Shown: piece after piece, positions 23,701 to 39,056 of the stretch
Layout: every line of letters starts with the position of its first letter
Position numbering within the stretch: position 1 is the stretch's first letter
Origin: Eledone cirrhosa
Taxonomy: Eukaryota
Length of the DNA stretch: 64,000 bases
Direction: 5' to 3'
NCBI GenBank assembly: GCA_964016885.1
Contig: OZ024759.1
Location: 27,280,001-27,344,000, forward strand
Translations under genes and position numbers: made by a program
Notes under the pieces: model-generated
Databases searched by the model: none
Told to the model about the DNA's origin: nothing
Seen by the model: only the letters and a program-made list of their open reading frames with translations

Positions 23701-25307
23701 ATGTACTCAGCAATAATGGTTTTCAATTCCGTCGTCCCTCCATCCTTGGTGTGTATATAAATATATATGTGATTTTAACGTACAACGGCGACAATATATA
23801 AATCTGTTTTGTTTGATAATAATTAGATAAAGCTAATTCTACAACCCCTGTTAAACATTGAAACGACGACTATAAAATATAGCAACAACCACGACATAAC
23901 AGTCTCTGGTTAAATATGATTTAATGAAATTATTGCTAGAGATTGATCCCTAATATTTTATCTCACTCCTTAACCAGGGAGGAAAGGTCCTCAGACTCGG
24001 ACAATGTTGATAAGGAGAGCAGAGTGTATCCTTATTTGTCACGTCTTTCCAGTTGTCACGGTATATAAAAGGCAGTAGTAGTAGTCACTCCTGCGAAAGA
24101 CGTTGTCAGTTAGCCTTCTGTAACGAGAGAAGAAGGTCGTGGCTTTTTTTTTCCTCCCTATCACATAATTCATACATTTGTCATCCTTTAGATATCAATA
24201 TACAAGAGAAAGAAGAAAATTGAGAACTTCGGTCTTTTAAAAGTAACATTTATTACATTAGAGCAAAATCTTGCATTAACAATATTTTGTGAGACTAAAC
24301 ATGGAATGGACAAAGAGATTATTAGAAGAAGGGCAATTGTCTCTATCTTAAACGTCAATACATTCTACAGAAAATCGAAATGAGAATAATTACAGAGATA
24401 CTTTACAAAATGTTTCGCGATATGGTTCAAGTTATTTTGTAGTAATATGCAGCTATATTTATACATGTCTCTTATACCCCCTCCACGAGGAATTGTGAAT
24501 ATGTATGAATATGATTTTAAAGATGGCTAAACATGTTGAAGAAAAAAAAAAGGAATTCAGATGATAGGAATAATAAAACATTCCTTTGCCTAGCTAAATG
24601 TCGAGAGGTCTAAAACACTAGTTGAATGATATGTGTGATACGACCTAGAATATTGTTTTGGGGCATGGTCAGACGACTTCAGAAAATACGGAGAAGCTAT
24701 TGAAGGAATCGAGAAAAGAACAAAACAGAAAACACCAGAATTATTAAGAAATCGTCTTCTGAAGAAAGATGTTAAACTTTAGGGATTGCAAATTTAGAGG
24801 AGATAAATCTAACAGGGTGGGGGGACATGATAGAAATATATATTTAAAGGACTAATATTTAAATAGTAGTACACTATTCAAATGTAAAGCTCTGAATAAC
24901 TATATCTTTCGGGGAGATATATCAAACAAGTGACATGATAGAAATATTTAAAATAATGAAAAGACTACAATATACAGTATTGCAGAAGTAAATGAAAATA
25001 TAAGAAGACATCACCATTGAACTGCAGATGAAAGTCAGTACTCTTTACATTTATCCCAGGTATATAGAAAGCTATCCTGATGTCCACTGATTGAAATATA
25101 AAACAATAAAGAAACACTACAATCCAGTAAACCTTAGTAATAATCCAATTAAGCCGCCATTTACAATAGAAAGTAGTAAGAAAAACAAAGTCACACTCAG
25201 AAGTTAATGCAGTGAAAACAATAAAAATATTATTAATAAATAATAATAATTTCATTTCATATTATCATTAAATTGTTTGTCTATTTTTATTTTAAACATA
25301 AAATATA

Positions 25308-25351
<44 letters not shown>

Positions 25352-28300
25352 CATCGATACATTCTGTGAGTATGTCTTACTTAGGCAACAGTCAAGTAAT
25401 TTGCGGGGAGGAACCAATCCGTTATATTGATCCCAGTACATGACTGGTACTATAAGTTATATGCTCCAAAATCATAAAATTATGGGTTAATCTAAACACT
25501 GAGAACACAAAGGTGGGGTAAAATTATTTAAAAATTGAGGTTTTAATATTTTATTTTTTATTTACAAATTATATGTCTTGGTGTCATATTTAAGGATATA
25601 ATGTAGTTATTGGTGGAAATAATATAATATGTGATGAAGAGGTGTATAGAACTGTGGATATAGAATTGTTTTAATCATTATTTTTAACGGACGAAAAGAC
25701 TACATAATGACTTCTAGTCGGAGTTACGGGAAATTACGGCAAAGACCCTCCATGAAGGTTCAAATATTACACATTATCTATATATAGGAATCAGGCTAAA
25801 CAATTTACGGGCACGTCGCTCTAAGTTGGAATATTTTTCACACACACAGACACGGGAGTTAGGTATGGCATATTTCAAATAAGAGAACATTATTACAGAC
25901 GGAGTCATTGTAGGTTCAAATCATTGTTAGACCGATCAGAAAGAAAATGGATATTTAATTCATGAAAAAACCTGAAGTGTGAAAGACAGAGTCGACCCTT
26001 TCTAGTAACAACACTAAGAAAGCCATGAACGCCACCACGTCCTAAATCTAACTCTGCGATCGTCATATCAAATCGAAATACTTCACCAACTGTGGAAGAT
26101 GAAGGATTGAAGAACTATGATATATAGCTAAGAGGCTTGTCTTCAGAACATTTGAAAAATGTTCCACCAGCCACCTGTATAGTAAATATTCCAAAGTATA
26201 CCAAATATGTTTCGTAAATGTTTGTTCCTGGTTTAATTTTCCCAATTAGCTTCCTGATTTTTATTCAGGTTCTTTGCATATATTCCTTGAATAGGTTTTC
26301 GGGTAGCATACCTTCTTAAATCTCAAAATTCTATATCGGCCACCAAAGTTTCCAATGGCCCTCAATTTTCTGTTCAGCTGCTCATCGTCCACCCAACAGT
26401 TGAAACCGCCCAGTTGAGGAACCCCTATGGGTAAGCTACCTCGAATGATGCTATATATTAATCGAGAGGAGGAGGTGACTATTATAATTTTTATAAGTAA
26501 TAATCTTTTAAAGACAAGAGGAAATTTCATCATTAAAATCATAAATATATGTCTACAGAATACAGATTATCAAAATGAAATTAAAAGCAAGTAAATCAGG
26601 GGCCACGAAACTTTACATATTTAGTTTTATTTCTATCGTGAAAAATGTTGATCTTCAGATATTAGATTATGGCGGCTGTAATTGTCTTTGTGTTGACGTG
26701 TTTGTTTGAAATCCTTTTTTTAATGTTTGTCTCTCTTTAAACATCGTTTATAGTTTGTTAAAATTAATTTTAGATTATTCGTACCTCGTCTGTGTGGTTT
26801 ATTTTGATGTAGCGTCCCTGTCTTGTTTATTTTTGGTTACATTTTAAATGTGAAATACAGGAACATCAGACATTAAAATGAAATGTTACGTAAAACATAC
26901 ACCTTGTGTTTATTCCAGGTATTTAGATAGATGTCCAGATGTCCACTGACAACAAAATAATACAATCATCCAGTGAAAGTTGGTAATAATCCAGGTTCGT
27001 TGCAGTCACCATTCACAGTAAACAATGGTTAGAAAGAAACAAAAACAAAAGACGTATTCAGCAGTTAATGAAGTGAAAACAAAATAAAAACAACTTTACT
27101 GAATAAAATTCATTTCTTAATTTCAATAAGGTTTTTTGTTCTTTCTTTTATAAAAGAAAACAAATTTTAATTAAAATATGTTGAATATAATATGGGACAT
27201 TACGACGATGTACAGCATTATTAGTTCAAATCTTACTTAATAAAAGCAACAAATACGCAGTTATTAGTATAAAACCTAACGGAAATCGAACCCTAAATCA
27301 GGATCTCCACCGTCTCTAGTACTTACCATTAGGCCACAGGGACAGTTAGAAAAATGCATTGAAAATTAATATTTACTTACCTATACTAGAAAAAACCGGA
27401 AGTGGAGAAAATTGAAAAACTTTTTCTTTTTCTTCCTCTGATTTTTGCCACGAACGATAACTCGACTCTGACTTAAATCCAAATTTTGGATAAAAAAAAA
27501 TCAGAGGAAGAAAAAGAAGATGTTTTTCAATTTTCTCCACTTCCGGTTTTTTCTAGTAATGAAAAAGTAGGTTTATAAATATCAATTTTCAGTAAGTTTC
27601 CGTAACCGTCCCTTTAGCCTAGTGGTAAGTATAAGAGCCGGTGGAGGTCCAGGTGCGGGGTTCAATCACTGGCAGTGTGTCGTATTATATTTTTTATAGT
27701 ATAAAACAAAAATAAAAAAGTAACTTTATAAATATTAATTTTCACACTGTTTTTATATTTGTCTCCGTGGTCTAATGGTAGGTATTAGAGACGGTGGAGA
27801 ACCTCCTCTGGGTTTAGATTTCAGTCAAAGTCTATAGATAATAATTTTTATTTTTTACTTTACTAGAGAAAAATTTAAATTTTAAAATATATAGTACAGA
27901 TTCGGACTGAGATTGAACACCACATCAGTGTCTACATAGTCTCTAACACCTACCATTAGGCCAACGAAACACATACAAGAACATAAGAAAAAAATTTATA
28001 TTTATAAACCTACTTTCAATTTCCAAGCAAAATAGATGTGCTGGCGTTCATGGCTTTCTCATTGTTATTTCTACTAGAATCGGGTCAATGTTTACATTTA
28101 TTCTTCTGGGGCTTTCATAAAATATATTTTCACTTTCTTTCGGGTTCATTAGATCCTACAACCAGATGATCTACAGGGACCTTCTTCATGGTCATAGCTG
28201 ATTATTAAATATATACGGGAGAGTGTGTGTGTGTGTGTGTGTGTGTGTATTAGATCTTGCCGTGATGTACTCAGCAATAATGGTTTTCAATTCCGTCGTC

Positions 28301-29873
28301 CCTCCATCCTTGGTGTGTATATAAATATATATGTGATTTTAACGTACAACGGCGACAATATATAAATCTGTTTTGTTTGATAATAATTAGATAAAGCTAA
28401 TTCTACAACCCCTGTTAAACATTGAAACGACGACTATAAAATATAGCAACAACCACGACATAACAGTCTCTGGTTAAATATGATTTAATGAAATTATTGC
28501 TAGAGATTGATCCCTAATATTTTATCTCACTCCTTAACCAGGGAGGAAAGGTCCTCAGACTCGGACAATGTTGATAAGGAGAGCAGAGTGTATCCTTATT
28601 TGTCACGTCTTTCCAGTTGTCACGGTATATAAAAGGCAGTAGTAGTAGTCACTCCTGCGAAAGACGTTGTCAGTTAGCCTTCTGTAACGAGAGAAGAAGG
28701 TCGTGGCTTTTTTTTTTTCCTCCCTATCACATAATTCATACATTTGTCATCCTTTAGATATCAATATACAAGAGAAAGAAGAAAATTGAGAACTTCGGTC
28801 TTTTAAAAGTAACATTTATTACATTAGAGCAAAATCTTGCATTAACAATATTTTGTGAGACTAAACATGGAATGGACAAAGAGATTATTAGAAGAAGGGC
28901 AATTGTCTCTATCTTAAACGTCAATACATTCTACAGAAAATCGAAATGAGAATAATTACAGAGATACTTTACAAAATGTTTCGCGATATGGTTCAAGTTA
29001 TTTTGTAGTAATATGCAGCTATATTTATACATGTCTCTTATACCCCCTCCACGAGGAATTGTGAATATGTATGAATATGATTTTAAAGATGGCTAAACAT
29101 GTTGAAGAAAAAAAAAAGGAATTCAGATGATAGGAATAATAAAACATTCCTTTGCCTAGCTAAATGTCGAGAGGTCTAAAACACTAGTTGAATGATATGT
29201 GTGATACGACCTAGAATATTGTTTTGGGGCATGGTCAGACGACTTCAGAAAATACGGAGAAGCTATTGAAGGAATCGAGAAAAGAACAAAACAGAAAACA
29301 CCAGAATTATTAAGAAATCGTCTTCTGAAGAAAGATGTTAAACTTTAGGGATTGCAAATTTAGAGGAGATAAATCTAACAGGGTGGGGGGACATGATAGA
29401 AATATATATTTAAAGGACTAATATTTAAATAGTAGTACACTATTCAAATGTAAAGCTCTGAATAACTATATCTTTCGGGGAGATATATCAAACAAGTGAC
29501 ATGATAGAAATATTTAAAATAATGAAAAGACTACAATATACAGTATTGCAGAAGTAAATGAAAATATAAGAAGACATCACCATTGAACTGCAGATGAAAG
29601 TCAGTACTCTTTACATTTATCCCAGGTATATAGAAAGCTATCCTGATGTCCACTGATTGAAATATAAAACAATAAAGAAACACCACAATCCAGTAAACCT
29701 TAGTAATAATCCAATTAAGCCGCCATTTACAATAGAAAGTAGTAAGAAAAACAAAGTCACACTCAGAAGTTAATGCAGTGAAAACAATAAAAATATTATT
29801 AATAAATAATAATAATTTCATTTCATATTATCATTAAATTGTTTGTCTATTTTTATTTTAAACATAAAATATA

Positions 29874-29919
<46 letters not shown>

Positions 29920-32900
29920 CATCGATACATTCTGTGAGTATGTCTTACTTAGGCAACAGTCAAGTAATTTGCGGGGAGGAACCAATCCGTTGTATTGATC
30001 CCAGTACATGACTGGTACTATAAGTTATATGCTCCAAAATCATAAAATTATGGGTTAATCTAAACACTGAGAACACAAAGGTGGGGTAAAATTATTTAAA
30101 AATTGAGGTTTTAATATTTTATCTTTTATTTACAAATTATATGTCTTGGTGTCATATTTAAGGATATAATGTAGTTATTGGTGGAAATAATATAATATGT
30201 GATGAAGAGGTGTATAGAACTGTGGATATAGAATTGTTTTAATCATTATTTTTAACGGACGAAAAAACTACATAATGACTTCTAGTCGGAGTTACGGGAA
30301 ATTACGGCAAAGACCCTCCATGAAGGTTCAAATATTACGCATTATCTATATATAGGAATCAGGCTAAACAATTTACGGGCACGTCGCTCTAAGTTGGAAT
30401 ATTTTTCACACACACAGACACGGGAGTTAGGTATGGCATATTTCAAATAAGAGAACATTATTACAGACGGAGTCATTGTAGGTTCAAATCATTGTTAGAC
30501 CGATCAGAAAGAAAATGGATATATAATTCATGAAAAAACCTGAAGTGTGAAAGACAGAGTCGACCCTTTCTAGTAACAACACTAAGAAAGCCATGAACGC
30601 CACCACGTCCTAAATCTAACTCTGCGATCGTCATATCAAATCGAAATACTTCACCAACTGTGGAAGATGAAGGATTGAAGAACTATGATATATAGCTAAG
30701 AGGCTTGTCTCCAGAACATTTGAAAAATGTTCCACCAGCCACCTGTATAGTAAATATTCCAAAGTATACCAAATATGTTTCGTAAATGTTTGTTCCTGGT
30801 TTAATTTTCCCAATTAGCTTCCTGATTTTTATTCAGGTTCTTTGCATATATTCCTTGAATAGGTTTTCGGGTAGCATACCTTCTTAAATCTCAAAATTCT
30901 ATATCGGCCACCAAAGTTTCCAATGGCCCTCAATTTTCTGTTCAGCTGCTCATCGTCCACCCAACAGTTGAAACCGCCCAGTTGAGGAACCCCTATGGGT
31001 AAGCTACCTCGAATGATGCTATATATTAATCGAGAGGAGGAGGTGACTATTATAATTTTTATAAGTAATAATCTTTTAAAGACAAGAGGAAATTTCATCA
31101 TTAAAATCATAAATATATGTCTACAGAATACAGATTATCAAAATGAAATTAAAAGCAAGTAAATCAGGGGCCACGAAACTTTACATATTTAGTTTTATTT
31201 CTATCGTGAAAAATGTTGATCTTCAGATATTAGATTATGGCGGCTGTAATTGTCTTTGTGTTGACGTGTTTGTTTGAAATCCTTTTTTTAATGTTTGTCT
31301 CTCTTTAAACATCGTTTATAGTTTGTTAAAATTAATTTTAGATTATTCGTACCTCGTCTGTGTGGTTTATTTTGATGTAGCGTCCCTGTCTTGTTTATTT
31401 TTGGTTACATTTTAAATGTGAAATACAGGAACATCAGACATTAAAATGAAATGTTACGTAAAACATACACCTTGTGTTTATTCCAGGTATTTAGATAGAT
31501 GTCCAGATGTCCACTGACAACAAAATAATACAATCATCCAGTGAAAGTTGGTAATAATCCAGGTTCGTTGCAGTCACCATTCACAGTAAACAATGGTTAG
31601 AAAGAAACAAAAACAAAAGACGTATTCAGCAGTTAATGAAGTGAAAACAAAATAAAAACAACTTTACTGAATAAAATTCATTTCTTAATTTCAATAAGGT
31701 TTTTTGTTCTTTCTTTTATAAAAGAAAACAAATTTTAATTAAAATATGTTGAATATAATATGGGACATTACGACAAAGTACAGCATTATTAGTTCAAATC
31801 TTACTTAATAAAAGCAACAAATACGCAGTTATTAGTATAAAACCTAACGGAAATCGAACCCTAAAACAGGATCTCCACCGTCTCTAGTACTTACCATTAG
31901 GCCACAGGGACAGTTAGAAAAATGCATTGAAAATTAATATTTACTTACCTATACTAGAAAAAACCGGAAGTGGAGAAAATTGAAAAACTTTTTCTTTTTC
32001 TTCCTCTGATTTTTGCCACGAACGATAACTCGTCTCTGACTTAAATCCAAATTTTGGATATAAAAAAATCAGAGGAAGAAAAAGAAGATGTTTTTCAATT
32101 TTCTCCACTTCCGGTTTTTTCTAGTAATGAAAAAGTAGGTTTATAAATATCAATTTTCAGTAAGTTTCCGTAACCGTCCCTTTAGCCTAGTGGTAAGTAT
32201 AAGAGCCGGTGGAGGTCCAGGTGCGGGGTTCAATCACTGGCAGTGTGTCGTATTATACTTTTTATAGTATAAAACAAAAATAAAAAAGTAACTTTATAAA
32301 TATTAATTTTCACACTGTTTTTATATCTGTCTCCCTGGCCTAATGGTCGGTATTAGAGACGGTGGAGAACCTGCTCTGGGTTTAGATTTCAGTCAAAGTC
32401 TATAGATAATAATTTCATTTTTTACTTTACTAGAGAAAAATTTAAATTTTAAAATATATAGTACAGATTCGGACTGAGATTGAACACCACATCAGTGTCT
32501 ACATAGTCTCTAACACCTACCATTAGGCCAACGAAACACATACAAGAACATAAGAAAAAAATTTATATTTATAAACCTACTTTCAATTTCCAAGCAAAAT
32601 AGATGTGCTGGCGTTCATGGCTTTCTCATTGTTATTTCTACTAGAATCGGGTCAATGTTTACATTTATTCTTCTGGGGCTTTCATAAAATATATTTTCAC
32701 TTTCTTTCGGGTTCATTAGATCCTACAACCAGATGATCTACAGGGACCTTCTTCATGGTCATAGCTGATTATTAAATATATACGGGAGAGTGTGTGTGTG
32801 TGTGTGTGTGTGTATTAGATATTGCCGTGATGTACTCAGCAATAATGGTTTTCAATTCCGTCGTCCCTCCATCCTTGGTGTGTATATAAATATATATGTG

Positions 32901-34437
32901 ATTTTAACGTACAACGGCGACAATATATAAATCTGTTTTGTTTGATAATAATTAGATAAAGCTAATTCTACAACCCCTGTTAAACATTGAAACGACGACT
33001 ATAAAATATAGCAACAACCACGACATAACAGTCTCTGGTTAAATATGATTTAATGAAATTATTGCTAGAGATTGATCCCTAATATTTTATCTCACTCCTT
33101 AACCAGGGAGGAAAGGTCCTCAGACTCGGACAATGTTGATAAGGAGAGCAGAGTGTATCCTTATTTGTCACGTCTTTCCAGTTGTCACGGTATATAAAAG
33201 GCAGTAGTAGTAGTCACTCCTGCGAAAGACGTTGTCAGTTAGCCTTCTGTAACGAGAGAAGAAGGTCGTGGCTTTTTTTTTTCCTCCCTATCACATAATT
33301 CATACATTTGTCATCCTTTAGATATCAATATACAAGAGAAAGAAGAAAATTGAGAACTTCGGTCTTTTAAAAGTAACATTTATTACATTAGAGCAAAATC
33401 TTGCATTAACAATATTTTGTGAGACTAAACATGGAATGGACAAAGAGATTATTAGAAGAAGAGCAATTGTCTCTATCTTAAACGTCAATGCATTCTACAG
33501 AAAATCGAAATGAGAATAATTACAGAGATACTTTACAAAATGTTTCGCGATATGGTTCAAGTTATTTTGTAGTAATATGCAGCTATATTTATACATGTCT
33601 CTTATACCCCCTCCACAAGGAATTGTGAATATGTATGAATATGATTTTAAAGATGGCTAAACATGTTGAAGAAAAAAAAAAGGAATTCAGATGATAGGAA
33701 TAATAAAACATTCCTTTGCCTAGCTAAATGTCGAGAGGTCTAAAACACTAGTTGAATGATATGTGTGATACGACCTAGAATATTGTTTTGGGGCATGGTC
33801 AGACGACTTCAGAAAATACGGAGAAGCTATTGAAGGAATCGAGAAAAGAACAAAACAGAAAACACCAGAATTATTAAGAAATCGTCTTCTGAAGAAAGAT
33901 GTTAAACTTTAGGGATTGCAAATTTAGAGGAGATAAATCTAACAGGGTGGGGGGACATGATAGAAATATATATTTAAAGGACTAATATTTAAATAGTAGT
34001 ACACTATTCAAATGTAAAGCTCTGAATAACTATATCTTTCGGGGAGATATATCAAACAAGTGACATGATAGAAATATTTAAAATAATGAAAAGACTACAA
34101 TATACAGTATTGCAGAAGTAAATGAAAATATAAGAAGACATCACCATTGAACTGCAGATGAAAGTCGGTACTCTTTACATTTATCCCAGGTATATAGAAA
34201 GCTATCCTGATGTCCACTGATTGAAATATAAAACAATAAAGAAACACCACAATCCAGTAAACCTTAGTAATAATCCAATTAAGCCGCCATTTACAATAGA
34301 AAGTAGTAAGAAAAACAAAGTCACACTCAGAAGTTAATGCAGTGAAAACAATAAAAATATTATTAATAAATAATAATAATTTCATTTCATATTATCATTA
34401 AATTGTTTGTCTATTTTTATTGTAAACCTAAAATATA

Positions 34438-34474
<37 letters not shown>

Positions 34475-37400
34475 TCATACATATACATCGATACATTCTG
34501 TGAGTATGTCTTACTTAGGCAACAGTCAAGTAATTTGCGGGGAGGAACCAATCCGTTATATTGATCCCAGTACATGACTGGTACTATAAGTTATATGCTC
34601 CAAAATCATAAAATTATGGGTTAATCTAAACACTGAGAACACAAAGGTGGGGTAAAATTATTTAAAAATTGAGGTTTTAATATTTTATTTTTTATTTACA
34701 AATTATATGTCTTGGTGTCATATTTAAGGATATAATGTATTTATTGGTGGAAATAATATAATATGTGATGAAGAGGTGTATAGAACTGTGGATATAGAAT
34801 TGTTTTAATCATTATTTTTAACGGACGAAAAAACTACATAATGACTTCTAGTCGGAGTTACGGGAAATTACGGCAAAGACCCTCCATGAAGGTTCAAATA
34901 TTACACATTATCTATATATAGGAATCAGGCTAAACAATTTACGGGCACGTCGCTCTAAGTTGGAATATTTTTCACACACACAGACACGGGAGTTAGGTAT
35001 GGCATATTTCAAATAAGAGAACATTATTACAGACGGAGTCATTGTAGGTTCAAATCATTGTTAGACCGATCAGAAAGAAAATGGATATTTAATTCATGAA
35101 AAAACCTGAAGTGTGAAAGACAGAGTCGACCCTTTCTAGTAACAACACTAAGAAAGCCATGAACGCCACCACGTCCTAAATCTAACTCTGCGATCGTCAT
35201 ATCAAATCGAAATACTTCACCAACTGTGGAAGATGAAGGATTGAAGAACTATGATATATAGCTAAGAGGCTTGTCTTCAGAACATTTGAAAAATGTTCCA
35301 CCAGCCACCTGTATAGTAAATATTCCAAAGTATACCAAATATGTTTCGTAAATGTTTGTTCCTGGTTTAATTTTCCCAATTAGCTTCCTGATTTTTATTC
35401 AGGTTCTTTGCATATATTCCTTGAATAGGTTTTCGGGTAGCATACCTTCTTAAATCTCAAAATTCTATATCGGCCACCAAAGTTTCCAATGGCCCTCAAT
35501 TTTCTGTTCAGCTGCTCATCGTCCACCCAACAGTTGAAACCGCCCAGTTGAGGAACCCCTATGGGTAAGCTACCTCGAATGATGCTATATATTAATCGAG
35601 AGGAGGAGGTGACTATTATAATTTTTATAAGTAATAATCTTTTAAAGACAAGAGGAAATTTCATCATTAAAATCATAAATATATGTCTACAGAATACAGA
35701 TTATCAAAATGAAATTAAAAGCAAGTAAATCAGGGGCCACGAAACTTTACATATTTAGTTTTATTTCTATCGTGAAAAATGTTGATCTTCAGATATTAGA
35801 TTATGGCGGCTGTAATTGTCTTTGTGTTGACGTGTTTGTTTGAAATCCTTTTTTTAATGTTTGTCTCTCTTTAAACATCGTTTATAGTTTGTTAAAATTA
35901 ATTTTAGATTATTCGTACCTCGTCTGTGTGGTTTATTTTGATGTAGCGTCCCTGTTTTGTTTATTTTTGGTTACATTTTAAATGTGAAATACAGGAACAT
36001 CAGACATTAAAATGAAATGTTACGTAAAACATACACCTTGTGTTTATTCCAGGTATTTAGATAGATGTCCAGATGTCCACTGACAACAAAATAATACAAT
36101 CATCCAGTGAAAGTTGGTAATAATCCAGGTTCGTTGCAGTCACCATTCACAGTAAACAATGGTTAGAAAGAAACAAAAACAAAAGACGTATTCAGCAGTT
36201 AATGAAGTGAAAACAAAATAAAAACAACTTTACTGAATAAAATTCATTTCTTAATTTCAATAAGGTTTTTTGTTCTTTCTTTTATAAAAGAAAACAAATT
36301 TTAATTAAAATATGTTGAATATAATATGGGACATTACGACAAAGTACAGCATTATTAGTTCAAATCTTACTTAATAAAAGCAACAAATACGCAGTTATTA
36401 GTATAAAACCTAACGGAAATCGAACCCTAAATCAGGATCTCCACCGTCTCTAGTACTTACCATTAGGCCACAGGGACAGTTAGAAAAATGCATTGAAAAT
36501 TAATATTTACTTACCTATACTAGAAAAAACCGGAAGTGGAGAAAATTGAAAAACTTTTTCTTTTTCTTCCTCTGATTTTTGCCACGAACGATAACTCGTC
36601 TCTGACTTAAATCCAAATTTTGGATAAAAAAAAATCAGAGGAAGAAAAAGAAGATGTTTTTCAATTTTCTCCACTTCCGGTTTTTTCTAGTAATGAAAAA
36701 GTAGGTTTATAAATATTAATTTTCAGTAAGTTTCCGTAACCGTCCCTTTAGCCTAGTGGTAAGTATAAGAGCCGGTGGAGGTCCAGGTGCGGGGTTCAAT
36801 CACTGGCAGTGTGTCGTATTATATTTTTTATAGTATAAAACAAAAATAAAAAAGTAACTTTATAAATATTAATTTTCACACTGTTTTTATATTTGTCTCC
36901 GTGGCCTAATGGTAGGTATTAGAGACGGTGGAGAACCTCCTCTGGGTTTAGATTTCAGTCAAAGTCTATAGATAATAATTTTTATTTTTTACTTTACTAG
37001 AGAAAAATTTAAATTTTAAAATATATAGTACAGATTCGGACTGAGATTGAACACCACATCAGTGTCTACATAGTCTCTAACACCTACCATTAGGCCAACG
37101 AAACACATACAAGAACATAAGAAAAAAATTTATATTTATAAACCTACTTTCAATTTCCAAGCAAAATAGATGTGCTGGCGTTCATGGCTTTCTCATTGTT
37201 ATTTCTACTAGAATCGGGTCAATGTTTACATTTATTCTTCTGGGGCTTTCATAAAATATATTTTCACTTTCTTTCGGGTTCATTAGATCCTACAACCAGA
37301 TGATCTACAGGGACCTTCTTCATGGTCATAGCTGATTATTAAATATATACGGGAGAGTGTGTGTGTGTGTGTGTGTGTATTAGATCTTGCCGTGATGTAC

Positions 37401-39004
37401 TCAGCAATAATGGTTTTCAATTCCGTCGTCCCTCCATCCTTGGTGTGTATATAAATATATATGTGATTTTAACGTACAACGGCGACAATATATAAATCTG
37501 TTTTGTTTGATAATAATTAGATAAAGCTAATTCTACAACCCCTGTTAAACATTGAAACGACGACTATAAAATATAGCAACAACCACGACATAACAGTCTC
37601 TGGTTAAATATGATTTAATGAAATTATTGCTAGAGATTGATCCCTAATATTTTATCTCACTCCTTAACCAGGGAGGAAAGGTCCTCAGACTCGGACAATG
37701 TTGATAAGGAGAGCAGAGTGTATCCTTATTTGTCACGTCTTTCCAGTTGTCACGGTATATAAAAGGCAGTAGTAGTAGTCACTCCTGCGAAAGACGTTGT
37801 CAGTTAGCCTTCTGTAACGAGAGAAGAAGGTCGTGGCTTTTTTTTTTCCTCCCTATCACATAATTCATACATTTGTCATCCTTTAGATATCAATATACAA
37901 GAGAAAGAAGAAAATTGAGAACTTCGGTCTTTTAAAAGTAACATTTATTACATTAGAGCAAAATCTTGCATTAACAATATTTTGTGAGACTAAACATGGA
38001 ATGGACAAAGAGATTATTAGAAGAAGGGCAATTGTCTCTATCTTAAACGTCAATGCATTCTACAGAAAATCGAAATGAGAATAATTACAGAGATACTTTA
38101 CAAAATGTTTCGCGATATGGTTCAAGTTATTTTGTAGTAATATGCAGCTATATTTATACATGTCTCTTATACCCCCTCCACGAGGAATTGTGAATATGTA
38201 TGAATATGATTTTAAAGATGGCTAAACATGTTGAAGAAAAAAAAAAGGAATTCAGATGATAGGAATAATAAAACATTCCTTTGCCTAGCTAAATGTCGAG
38301 AGGTCTAAAACACTAGTTGAATGATATGTGTGATACGACCTAGAATATTGTTTTGGGGCATGGTCAGACGACTTCAGAAAATACGGAGAAGCTATTGAAG
38401 GAATCGAGAAAAGAACAAAACACGAAACACCAGAATTATTAAGAAATCGTCTTCTGAAGAAAGATGTTAAACTTTAGGGATTGCAAATTTAGAGGAGATA
38501 AATCTAACAGGGTGGGGGGACATGATAGAAATGTATATTTAAAGGACTAATATTTAAATAGTAGTACACTATTCAAATGTAAAGCTCTGAATAACTATAT
38601 CTTTCGGGGAGATATATCAAACAAGTGACATGATAGAAATATTTAAAATAATGAAAAGACTACAATATACAGTATTGCAGAAGTAAATGAAAATATAAGA
38701 AGACATCACCATTGAACTGCAGATGAAAGTCAGTACTCTTTACATTTATCCCAGGTATATAGAAAGCTATCCTGATGTCCACTGATTGAAATATAAAACA
38801 ATAAAGAAACACCACAATCCAGTAAACCTTAGTAATAATCCAATTAAGCCGCCATTTACAATAGAAAGTAGTAAGAAAAACAAAGTCACACTCAGAAGTT
38901 AATGCAGTGAAAACAATAAAAATATTATTAATAAATAATAATAATTTCATTTCATATTATCATTAAATTGTTTGTCTATTTTTATTTTAAACATAAAATA
39001 TACT

Positions 39005-39056
<52 letters not shown>
